A stretch of DNA of 59,393 nt from an uncultured Acidimicrobiales bacterium. GTDB lineage: Bacteria; Actinomycetota; Acidimicrobiia; Acidimicrobiales; SHLQ01. The position numbers and the translations under genes were made by a program. This document shows, one piece after another, positions 1 to 8,062 of the stretch (positions are counted from its first letter, which is position 1; each line of letters opens with the position of its first letter). The notes beneath the pieces were generated by a model. That model saw only the letters and a program-made list of their open reading frames with translations, did not search any database and had not been told where the DNA came from. The stretch lies in the NCBI GenBank assembly GCA_905479685.1, contig CAJQNJ010000133.1, positions 1 through 59,393 on the forward strand. Reading direction: 5' to 3'.

Positions 1-36
1 GGCTCCTGTCCAGACGACGGCTCCTGTCCAGACGAC
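1..36 (+). repeat. 18-bp perfect tandem repeat GGCTCCTGTCCAGACGAC x2 (encodes APVQTT)
   Basis: Directly visible; may continue beyond the window start. Confidence 0.9.
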
Positions 37-187
37 GACGCCATCTACGACAGCGGCGCCGGACACGACGATTTCCCTACCAGCCACGGCGGCACCCACA
101 TCGACCGTTGCGCCGACGACCACGGTCGTGACCACCTCGTCGACGACAAGCACGACCCTTCCACCGCTCACCGGTGGAAGCAGCTAG
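2..187 (+). CDS. 3' end of a gene truncated by the window edge; Thr/Pro/Ala-rich low-complexity tail (APVQTTAPVQTTTPSTTAAP...TTSSTTSTTLPPLTGGSS*)
   Basis: Frame 2 is open from base 2 to TAG at 185-187, directly abutting the GTG of the ApbE ORF; composition is typical of linkers in actinobacterial surface proteins. Not in the ORF track. Confidence 0.75.
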   Translation, partial: APVQTTAPVQTTTPSTTAAPDTTISLPATAAPTSTVAPTTTVVTTSSTTSTTLPPLTGGSS

Positions 188-1108
188 GTGCCCATGGTGA
201 CCGACCTCGGCCTGCACGAGACCACTTTTCGAGCGCTCGGGTCGCGCTGTCGAATCGTTGCTGACATCGAGCGCCCAGTTCACGCTGCGGTGCATCGACT
301 CGAGGATCTGGAAGCTCGGTGGAGCCGCTTCATTCCCACGAGCGAGGTCTCCACGCTCAACATGCTCGCAGGTGAATGGACGGAGGTCTCCGAAGTGACC
401 CACCTGTTGGTCCGTCGGGCAGCCGAGGCGAGACACCGCACCGACGGTGTGATGAACCCACTGCTCCTGAACGAGTTGATCGCATGCGGGTACGACCGCT
501 CGCACGAAAAGCTTGTTTCCGCGATCGGTACCATGCCCACGAGTCAGTCCGAGGTAGCGGGCGCGGCCCCTCACATCAAAGTCGGGGACATCGCCTTGGA
601 GAGTGGCCGAGTCCGAATTCCGTCCGGGGTGGCGTTCGATCCCGGGGGTGTCGGCAAGGGGTTGGCCGCAGATCTCGTGATGGATGACCTGCTGGATGCA
701 GGGGTGACCTGGGCAATGGTGTCGCTTGGTGGCGATCTGCGATTCGGCGGTGCGGACCTTGCCGACCACGGGTGCGAGACACACATCGAGGATCCGTACG
801 ACCGCGGCTCGGTCTGGGGAACCATCCGGGTGCGCGGTGGAGCGGTGGCGACCAGCAGCACCCTTTCTCGTCGCTGGGCTCATGCTGGACGAATGCAGCA
901 TCACTTACTCGACAGCACTTCGGGACGGCCGTTCGAGGGGCCGCGGGTGGCGGCGACCGTCCATGCCGATGAAGGATGGTGGGCTGATGTTGTCGCAAAG
1001 ACGCTGGTCCTCGACACAGCGGTCGGAAACGAACAACTGGCCGAATGGGGAGCGCGGGCGCTCGTATTCGAGTCGCACGGAGCCGCCAACTTTGGGCTGC
1101 TCGCATGA
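188..1108 (+). CDS. apbE: FAD:protein FMN transferase (ApbE family); start may be ATG at 194
   Basis: Motifs WSRFIPTSEVS, FDPGGVGKGLAAD, SLGGDL, ATSS, HHLLD and AD..AK are characteristic of ApbE. Confidence 0.9.
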   Translation: MPMVTDLGLHETTFRALGSRCRIVADIERPVHAAVHRLEDLEARWSRFIPTSEVSTLNMLAGEWTEVSEVTHLLVRRAAEARHRTDGVMNPLLLNELIACGYDRSHEKLVSAIGTMPTSQSEVAGAAPHIKVGDIALESGRVRIPSGVAFDPGGVGKGLAADLVMDDLLDAGVTWAMVSLGGDLRFGGADLADHGCETHIEDPYDRGSVWGTIRVRGGAVATSSTLSRRWAHAGRMQHHLLDSTSGRPFEGPRVAATVHADEGWWADVVAKTLVLDTAVGNEQLAEWGARALVFESHGAANFGLLA

Positions 1109-1734
1109 CGGCTGGAGACGTCGTCGTCGTTGATGAGATCTGGTGGTACGTCAGTCGCGCCGCAGGGATCGTGGCCTGGGTCCTCCTCAGCGCATCGGTG
1201 ATTGCTGGGCTGTCCCTCTCGACCCGCGGCTCGCGTCGGCTGCCGACCGGTTGGCCCATCGATCTCCATCGATTCCTGAGCACCCTGGCTCTTGTCTTCC
1301 TCGGGGTTCACATCGCAGCGCTGGTGCCAGACAATTTCGTGGAGTTCAGCTGGGCAGAACTTTTCGTGCCGCTGGCTTCGACGTGGAGACCATGGGCCGT
1401 GGCGTTCGGAGTCGTGGCCTTCTGGCTGGTCGTGGCGGTGGAGCTCACCTCGGTGATCCGTCGGCAGCTTCCAACTCGCCTCTGGCGGGCTGTACATTTG
1501 CTGAGTTTCGTCGTGTGGCTTTCTTCGACCATCCATCTGTTTCTGGCAGGCACCGACGTTGCGTCGTTCGCCTTTCGAGTAGTCCAGGTGGTAGCGATTG
1601 CTGCGGTGTCTTTGCTGTTCGTGCAGCGAATGCTCGTCGGTCGCGCGCGGCGACGAACGAGGTCAGCTGGTGGTGTTTCGCTGCCGATCGAGGAATCGGT
1701 AGACGTCGACGAGGTCTACGCCGGGGAACGGTGA
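1105..1734 (+). CDS. Ferric-reductase-like / MsrQ-like transmembrane heme-b protein
   Basis: ATG 1105 overlaps the apbE stop (ATGA). About 5-6 TM segments, WYVSRAAG N-terminus, four spaced His (LHRFL, VHIAAL, WRAVHLL, IHLFLAGTD). Confidence 0.8.
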   Translation: MTAGDVVVVDEIWWYVSRAAGIVAWVLLSASVIAGLSLSTRGSRRLPTGWPIDLHRFLSTLALVFLGVHIAALVPDNFVEFSWAELFVPLASTWRPWAVAFGVVAFWLVVAVELTSVIRRQLPTRLWRAVHLLSFVVWLSSTIHLFLAGTDVASFAFRVVQVVAIAAVSLLFVQRMLVGRARRRTRSAGGVSLPIEESVDVDEVYAGER

Positions 1735-3117
1735 GAACTCGCCGCTCGATGGGGGAAGAGCGGTGAGTACATGGCTTCTCTGAGCGGCGGACGGCCATGC
1801 GACAGATTCCCATCGCTCGACGAGTTCTGGGTCCGGTGCTGTCCGCGACGATCGTGCATCGAGGCGGCGAATGGTGTCGCCTCCACGAAAGTGTGTCGCA
1901 AGCTCGGAAGTCGTTCCGATGCTGACCGCATAGGGATTGTTGGAAGCATCCTCGATGTATGTTGCGCACCACCACTCACCGCCATCGGTGATCGTGTGCT
2001 GATAGTGCAGCATGAAACTCTGACTGGCCTGCCAGGCCTGTCGCACGCCCCACTGTCGCGAGACGCGCATTCCTTCGACAGTTCCGTCCTTGTCGGCGGG
2101 GTAGTCGATGCCGTCGTTTTCGTATGCCTTGGAGACGACCCCTTCCGGGTTGCATCGAAGGAAATGCACCGGGATTCCGAGGTGCTGGGTGGCCAGATTG
2201 GTGAAACGATGTGCGGCCATCTCGTATGACACGTAGAAGGCTTCCTTCAAGTCTTCGATCGACAGGTCGTTCTGCTCGAAGCTCCTCTTCAGGAGATCCA
2301 CTGCTGGGGCCTCCGGGATCAACGCCGCCGCAGAGAAGTAGTTCGATTCCACGCGCTGGCGAAGGTAGTCGCCGAAGTCACGTGTGGACGAATGCTCCAA
2401 GGCGTAGTGACCAAGGGTCTGGAGAACGACCGAGCGCGCCGCGCGCATGTCCACCTCTTCACGCAACGGGATGTAGATGATGCGGTTCCTCTGGTCGGTC
2501 ACCGAGCGCGCACTGCTCGGCATGCCACGTGCGCGTTCGACCCGAAAGCCGAAGTGAGAAGCCAGCTCGGTGATATGACGTTCCGAGAGTGGGCCAGAGC
2601 CCTGATAGTCGGTCGAGGCCATCGCCTCTGCCACGATCGATTCGATCTCGGAGAAGTAGTTGTTGGTCTCGCGCATTTCGCGTCGTAGTTCTGCGTTGGC
2701 GAGTCGTGCCTTGTCCTCTGCGCGGAGCGCGCGACCGCTGTCGGATTGCGGGACGCGGTTCCACAGTGCGACCACATGCTCGAGCACGTCGTCGCTGATC
2801 TTCGCGTTCGGTTTCAGGTGGGGCAGACCGAGCGCCTTGTATTGCGGATGCTCCTGCGCGTGCGCCAGATCGAGTTCGAGTTGAGCTCGTCGATTCGGTG
2901 GTGTCGCGTCGACGAGATCGGACATGGTCACGTCGAGGGTTTCGGCCAGATTGTTGAGTAACCCTATTTTGGGTTCGATCCGACCATTTTCGAGCTGCGA
3001 CAAGTATGGAACGGGCTTGTCGACACCTGCGCTGAGGTCAGCAAGCGTCATCTTTTGACGTTTGCGGAAGTGACGGATTCGGTGTCCGAGGACTCCGAGA
3101 TCGAGTGTGTCCGACAT
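1663..3117 (-). CDS. XRE-family HTH regulator with IrrE-like middle domain (ScfR / RamB-PrpR-like short-chain acyl-CoA regulator)
   Basis: N-terminal HTH (LGHRIRHFRKRQKMTLADL...YLSQLENG), NNYFSEIE, ESNYFSAAALIP, FYVSYEMAAHRFTNL. 3' end overlaps the convergent gene by 72 bp. Confidence 0.8.
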   Translation of the reverse strand: MSDTLDLGVLGHRIRHFRKRQKMTLADLSAGVDKPVPYLSQLENGRIEPKIGLLNNLAETLDVTMSDLVDATPPNRRAQLELDLAHAQEHPQYKALGLPHLKPNAKISDDVLEHVVALWNRVPQSDSGRALRAEDKARLANAELRREMRETNNYFSEIESIVAEAMASTDYQGSGPLSERHITELASHFGFRVERARGMPSSARSVTDQRNRIIYIPLREEVDMRAARSVVLQTLGHYALEHSSTRDFGDYLRQRVESNYFSAAALIPEAPAVDLLKRSFEQNDLSIEDLKEAFYVSYEMAAHRFTNLATQHLGIPVHFLRCNPEGVVSKAYENDGIDYPADKDGTVEGMRVSRQWGVRQAWQASQSFMLHYQHTITDGGEWWCATYIEDASNNPYAVSIGTTSELATHFRGGDTIRRLDARSSRTAPDPELVERWESVAWPSAAQRSHVLTALPPSSGEFSPFPGVDLVDVYRFLDRQRNTTS

Positions 3118-3276
3118 ACCTTGGCTCCCTACGCTCGCAACTTCGTGCGTTCTTTCGATAATGGCGGTGCTTTGATCAGTTTATCCCATAGATCTCTCTA
3201 GCTGAAGGGCGAAAATGGCGAGATTCTGTAATCGGGTAGCGCGGCGGGCGTTCCCGCGGCAAGAAGGAGATAGGCC

Positions 3277-3906
3277 ATGGCGGTCACCGATCAGACAACA
3301 CGACCACGACACGAGTTCGTGGCGCAGCCGTTCTCCGGAGCTGTTCCTGGGGTGGAGATCGTTCTACCAACCGCCAACAACCAGGGCATGGATCTCCTCG
3401 ACCCACGGACGCTGAAGTTGATCGGGTCCCTTCACCGCCGCTTCTGGTCGCGGCGTAAAGAGCTCCTCATGGGTTGCGCGCAGTCCGACCAGTCGGTTGC
3501 ACCGCGAGCCGCGAGTTCTGGATCGCTCGTGTACGCGATCGATCTCACGGGATCGTTGGCGAAAACGTGGGATGGTCGTATTGGTCTCCACAAGGACCTG
3601 CGCGAGATGGCCGAGGCGGACCCCACGCCCGAGGCGACGCCTCTCGTCGCGATTCGTGGATGGGGAGAGACCGAACCCGGTGTCCTTGTCGATGGCCGCT
3701 CGGTACCTGCGTGTATCTTCGACCTCGCGCTCGCACTTCGATCCGGCGCCGACTTGTTTCGACGAGAGGAACGGCCGTTCTCGATCAGCATTCCGGCTTC
3801 GGCGTGTGCAGAGGAGCAGCGCCTGTGGATAGATCTGTCGAACCTGGCCCACGATCGCACGGGGATCGACAGAGGGACCGTCGAGATCGGCGTCGACACG
3901 TATTGA
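3277..3906 (+). CDS. Truncated, divergent malate synthase A-like protein (209 aa)
   Basis: AAGGAG RBS. Segments LHRRFWSRRKELL, IRGWGETEPGVLVDGRSVPACIFDLAL and EEQRLWIDL...GIDRGTV align in order with AceB N-terminal/barrel motifs; the C-terminal half is absent. Confidence 0.65.
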   Translation: MAVTDQTTRPRHEFVAQPFSGAVPGVEIVLPTANNQGMDLLDPRTLKLIGSLHRRFWSRRKELLMGCAQSDQSVAPRAASSGSLVYAIDLTGSLAKTWDGRIGLHKDLREMAEADPTPEATPLVAIRGWGETEPGVLVDGRSVPACIFDLALALRSGADLFRREERPFSISIPASACAEEQRLWIDLSNLAHDRTGIDRGTVEIGVDTY

Positions 3907-3966
3907 TCGCTCGCTCCGATCCGATAGCGATCGGTTGGTGAGCAGAAGCTGCGGTACTACTGGTAC

Positions 3967-4656
3967 ATGGGAATTTTGAACGTCGACCGGGGCAGTGACG
4001 AACGCTCGGACGCGCTTCGTACGAGGCGAGACGTCATAGGGACGTATCTCTCCCACAAGTCCCCTCAGGTCATCCTCACCGGTGTCACGATCATCGCCGT
4101 TGTTCGGCTGCTCGTCGGTTCCGCCAGCTGGGGCGATCTTGTCGTGGTCGGCCTGACGATTCTCTTGACCGGATTCGTGGAGTGGTTCTTGCACCTCGTG
4201 TTACTTCATGCGCCAGAGGACTCGAAACGTATGACGAAGTTCGGCACGGGTTCTGGGCACCGTGAACACCATCTCGACCCGCTGAATGTCGGCTGGATCA
4301 TGCTTGGACCTCAAGACGCATTCATCTTCTTGTTGTTGCTCATGGGCTGGACCGCGGCATGGTCTCTGCCGCTCATCGCGTTGATCGGCGTCCCGTTCGT
4401 GGCCACGTATCTCACGGCTCTACTAGCCGCCTATCTCACGCTGGCGCACTACGAATGGGTGCATCTCTTGGTGCACACCCGCTACCGGGCCCGTAGTCGC
4501 TACTACCGACGCCTCGCAGCGAACCATCGGCTCCACCACTATCGCAACGAGCACTACTGGCTCGGGGTCACCTCGAACCTGGGAGATCGGATGCTTCGAA
4601 CCCTGCCAGCGGACAAGTCCGATGTCGCTCTCTCCGATACCGCCCGAACGCTATAA
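3967..4656 (+). CDS. Sterol desaturase / fatty acid hydroxylase superfamily membrane protein
   Basis: Hydrophobic segments with His boxes EWFLH, HREHH, EWVHLLVH, HRLHHY. Confidence 0.85.
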   Translation: MGILNVDRGSDERSDALRTRRDVIGTYLSHKSPQVILTGVTIIAVVRLLVGSASWGDLVVVGLTILLTGFVEWFLHLVLLHAPEDSKRMTKFGTGSGHREHHLDPLNVGWIMLGPQDAFIFLLLLMGWTAAWSLPLIALIGVPFVATYLTALLAAYLTLAHYEWVHLLVHTRYRARSRYYRRLAANHRLHHYRNEHYWLGVTSNLGDRMLRTLPADKSDVALSDTARTL

Positions 4657-4659
4657 CAA

Positions 4660-4749
4660 CCGCACTCGGCTTCGCCGATGCGGCTCCCTAGCGGCCGTTC
4701 GGCTCCTAGGTTCTTCCCCCGCACTCGGCTTCGCCGATGCGGCTCCCTA
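4660..4749. repeat. Two identical 31-bp REP-like palindromic units (4660-4690, 4719-4749)
   Basis: CCGCACTCGGCTTCGCCGATGCGGCTCCCTA occurs twice; each folds as CCGCA-c-TCGGC-ttc-GCCGA-TGCGG. The 28-bp spacer contains a degenerate copy (GCCGTTCGGCTCCTA). Confidence 0.8.
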
Positions 4750-4776
4750 TCGGTACGGCATGGGTAGCCTTGGTGG

Positions 4777-6453
4777 GTGACCGACAACGCTGCTGAACCG
4801 TCGACTGATTTCGTTCGGGAGAAGATCCGCAACGACAACACCTCGGGTTTGTACAGCGGTCGCGTACAAACGCGATTTCCGCCGGAGCCGAATGGATACC
4901 TCCACATCGGACATGCAAAGTCCATCGCGCTCAACTTTGGCATCGCCGCCGACTTCGATGGCATCTGCAACCTTCGATTCGACGACACCAATCCAGAGAC
5001 CGAGGACCAGGACTATGTGGACGGCATCGTCGAGGACATCGAGTGGCTCGGATACACGCCGCATTCGGTGGTCTACGCCTCGGACTATTTCGAGCAGCTC
5101 TACGCCTGGGCTGAATCCCTGATCGAACGCGGTCTCGCGTACGTCGACGACCAGGATGCCGAGATGATCTCTGCGCAACGTGGAGGGTTCACGACACCGG
5201 GTGTCGACAGTCCGTTCCGGGAGCGAAGCGTGGAGGAGAACCTCGAACTGTTTCGCAACATGCGAGCTGGCGCCTACGCAGAAGGCGAGCGAGTGCTCCG
5301 AGCGAAGATCGACATGAATCACGAGAACATGCAGATGCGTGATCCCGTCCTCTACCGAATTCGTCAGGCGCACCACGTCCGCACCGGTGACACCTGGGTG
5401 ATCTATCCGACCTATGACTGGGCGCACGGCCAGTCCGATGCCATCGAGCGGGTGACCCACTCGATCTGCACGCTCGAGTTCGACGCCCACCGACCGTTGT
5501 ACGACTGGTGTTTGGAGCACCTCGATCTGCCAGCCGAGAAGCCCGAACAAACCGAGTTCGCACGTCTCAACCTGACCCATACGGTCACCTCGAAGAGAAA
5601 ACTGCGACAGTTGGTTGAAGACGGCAGCGTCGACGGCTGGGACGATCCGCGGATGCCGACGCTTCGAGGGATCCGACGTCGGGGATACCCACCGGCTGCC
5701 ATCCGAGCGTTCATGGACCACATCGGTGTTGCCAAGAGCAACAGCACCCATGACATCGAGCTGCTCGAATCGTTCATACGTACCGAGCTCAACCGAACTG
5801 CACTTCGCCGAATGGCAGTTCTACGACCGCTCAAGGTCATCATCACCAACTGGCCCAGTGGCGCCGATGATCTGCGAGAGGCGATCAACAACCCAGAGGA
5901 TGACACCGCTGGGACTCGATTGGTGCCGTTCTCCGGAGAGCTCTGGATCGAAGAGGACGACTTCAAACTCGATCCGCCCCCCAAGTATTTTCGCCTGACG
6001 GTTGGTCGCGAGGTACGCCTCCGTGCGGGCTACTTCATCACGGCACATGACGTCGCAACCGATGCCTCGGGCAAGGTCACCGAGGTGTACTGCACGTACG
6101 ACCCAGAGACTGCCGGAGGCCAGGCTCCAGATGGTCGAAAGGTGAAGTCGACGATCCACTGGGTCTCGGCGGCTCACGCAATCGACGCCACGGTGAACCT
6201 CTACGAACGACTCCTTCTCGACAGCAACCCCGGCGCCGATGGGTCGGACCCGCTGTCGAGCCTGAACCCCAATTCGCGCGAGCAGCTCTCGAACGCGAAG
6301 CTCGAGCCTGCGCTCGCCGAGGTGGAGGTTGGACAAGTCGTCCAGTTCGAGCGCCTTGGATACTTCGCCGTGGACCTCGACGACACGAGCGTGTTCCATC
6401 GCACCGTTGGCCTCCGTGACGAGTGGGCCAACATCCAGAAACGAAAGCAATAG
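4777..6453 (+). CDS. glnS: Glutamine--tRNA ligase (GlnRS)
   Basis: TRFPPEPNGYLHIGHAKS (HIGH), LRFDDTNP, MRDPVLYRI, IYPTYD, VTSKRKL, DGWDDPRMPTL, QFERLGYF. Confidence 0.95.
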   Translation: MTDNAAEPSTDFVREKIRNDNTSGLYSGRVQTRFPPEPNGYLHIGHAKSIALNFGIAADFDGICNLRFDDTNPETEDQDYVDGIVEDIEWLGYTPHSVVYASDYFEQLYAWAESLIERGLAYVDDQDAEMISAQRGGFTTPGVDSPFRERSVEENLELFRNMRAGAYAEGERVLRAKIDMNHENMQMRDPVLYRIRQAHHVRTGDTWVIYPTYDWAHGQSDAIERVTHSICTLEFDAHRPLYDWCLEHLDLPAEKPEQTEFARLNLTHTVTSKRKLRQLVEDGSVDGWDDPRMPTLRGIRRRGYPPAAIRAFMDHIGVAKSNSTHDIELLESFIRTELNRTALRRMAVLRPLKVIITNWPSGADDLREAINNPEDDTAGTRLVPFSGELWIEEDDFKLDPPPKYFRLTVGREVRLRAGYFITAHDVATDASGKVTEVYCTYDPETAGGQAPDGRKVKSTIHWVSAAHAIDATVNLYERLLLDSNPGADGSDPLSSLNPNSREQLSNAKLEPALAEVEVGQVVQFERLGYFAVDLDDTSVFHRTVGLRDEWANIQKRKQ

Positions 6454-6502
6454 ACGTATACGAAGGTGCAACACGCCTTCACCAGCGGATTACTGTGGCC
6501 GC

Positions 6503-6997
6503 ATGAGTCATCTCATCGGTCCAGAGCACTTTCGCGCCGTGATGGGCCAGGTTCCTACCTGTGTCACCGTCGTCACCGCAATGGTCGATGACGAACCTCA
6601 GGCAATGGTCATCGGCAGTTTCGTGTCCGTATCGCTCGACCCGCCCCTGGCCGGATTCTTCTGCACTACGGCATCGGAGACATGGCAGGCCTTGCGACGT
6701 GCCGAGGTCCTCGGCGTGAACGTGTTGGGCGAGCACCAGATCGACATCAGCAATGCGTGCATGCGTGCCCCCGAAGAACGCCTCGATGGCCTCGATTGGT
6801 CGATGGTCGATGGCGCTCCCCGAATCGCCGGAACGTCAGCGTGGATCTCGCTGACCTTGCACCAGGTGGTCGACGCCGGCGATCACGAATTCGCGCTGTG
6901 CAACGTGGTCACGATGGACGTGCCCGACGACCCGCTCTCGCCGGTTGTCTTCTACGCCGGGGCCTATCGGCGACTCGCAGACGTTACGAACGACTAG
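6503..6997 (+). CDS. Flavin reductase family protein (HpaC/RutF-like)
   Basis: FRAVMGQVPTCVTVVT, SFVSVSLDPPL, DAGDH. Start set at ATG 6503, which is preceded by TACTGT 6 nt upstream. Confidence 0.9.
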   Translation: MSHLIGPEHFRAVMGQVPTCVTVVTAMVDDEPQAMVIGSFVSVSLDPPLAGFFCTTASETWQALRRAEVLGVNVLGEHQIDISNACMRAPEERLDGLDWSMVDGAPRIAGTSAWISLTLHQVVDAGDHEFALCNVVTMDVPDDPLSPVVFYAGAYRRLADVTND

Positions 6998-7003
6998 CCG
7001 CTG

Positions 7004-8035
7004 ATGCACATCGTCCGTAGTGACGCACACCGGGCGCACTTCCCGGCCGGCGAGATCTACATGGGAGAGCTCGTTCGACCCTTCGAGTGCCCGGAGCGTT
7101 GGGACTACATCGTCGCTGCGCTCGTCGAGGCGGGACTAACCGATGTGGTCGAGCCAGAAGCGGTCGAGGAGTCGGTGCTGCATGGTGTCCACGAGACCGC
7201 GTATCTCGACTTCCTGCAGAGCGCGTGGGCTCGGTGGACGGACACCGGAGCGTCCGGCGACATGATTCCCACCTGCTTCCCGGTCCGCGGCATGGTCCAG
7301 GAGATGCCGATCGACATCGATGGCCAACTCGGGTTCTTCGCATTTGCTGCCGAGACCGCCATCACGGGCGGAACATGGTCAGCGGCACACGCTGCAGCCT
7401 CGATCGCCCGCACCGCGCAGCGGCTGGCGTCGGCACCCAATTCCACGTCGTTTGCGTTGTGCCGACCACCTGGGCACCACGCTGCCCGCAACTACTTCGG
7501 CGGCTATTGCTTCATCAACAATGCCGCAGTCGCAGCACAGGGCTACCGCTCCGACGGCGCCGAACGCGTCGCCATCCTCGATGTCGACTTTCACCACGGC
7601 AACGGGACGCAGGACATCTTCTATGAACGCAGCGACGTCTTCTTCGCCTCGCTCCACGGCGACCCCCGTCACGAGTTTCCACACTTCCTCGGCTTCGCCA
7701 ACGAAACGGGTGAAGGGCCAGGCGAAGGATTCAACGCGAACTACCCGCTGCCTCCGGGGACCACGTTCGACGTGTGGTTGGAGGCCCTCGAACATGCCTT
7801 GGCCCGCATCTCTTCGTTCGGCCCGGACGCAGTGGTCGTTTCCCTCGGTGTCGACACCTTCGAAGGCGACCCGATCAGCAGCTTCAGGCTGCGATCCGAA
7901 GACTTCAAAGTAATCGGAAACCGCATCGGTGAGCTCGCAGCGCCAACCGTCTACTGCATGGAGGGCGGCTATGCGGTTGCCGAGATCGGAACGAACACGG
8001 TGAACGTGTTGACCGGTCATCTGGACCACTCGTAG
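7004..8035 (+). CDS. aphA: Acetylpolyamine amidohydrolase (histone deacetylase family)
   Basis: FECPER, LCRPPGHHA, GGYCFINNAA, LDVDFHHGNGTQDIFY, SLGVDT, MEGGY. Confidence 0.88.
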   Translation: MHIVRSDAHRAHFPAGEIYMGELVRPFECPERWDYIVAALVEAGLTDVVEPEAVEESVLHGVHETAYLDFLQSAWARWTDTGASGDMIPTCFPVRGMVQEMPIDIDGQLGFFAFAAETAITGGTWSAAHAAASIARTAQRLASAPNSTSFALCRPPGHHAARNYFGGYCFINNAAVAAQGYRSDGAERVAILDVDFHHGNGTQDIFYERSDVFFASLHGDPRHEFPHFLGFANETGEGPGEGFNANYPLPPGTTFDVWLEALEHALARISSFGPDAVVVSLGVDTFEGDPISSFRLRSEDFKVIGNRIGELAAPTVYCMEGGYAVAEIGTNTVNVLTGHLDHS

Positions 8036-8062
8036 ATCGGGCACGTCAGTAGCCTGGTGCGC

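Noticed and set aside
3207-3232. Tandem GGCGAAAAT/GGCGAGATT as a RamB/ScfR operator
   Set aside because: Too degenerate to support without comparative data.
4660-4749. Mini CRISPR array (31-bp repeat, 28-bp spacer, repeat)
   Set aside because: Only two units, the spacer itself resembles the repeat, and there are no cas genes or AT-rich leader; REP-like is a better fit.
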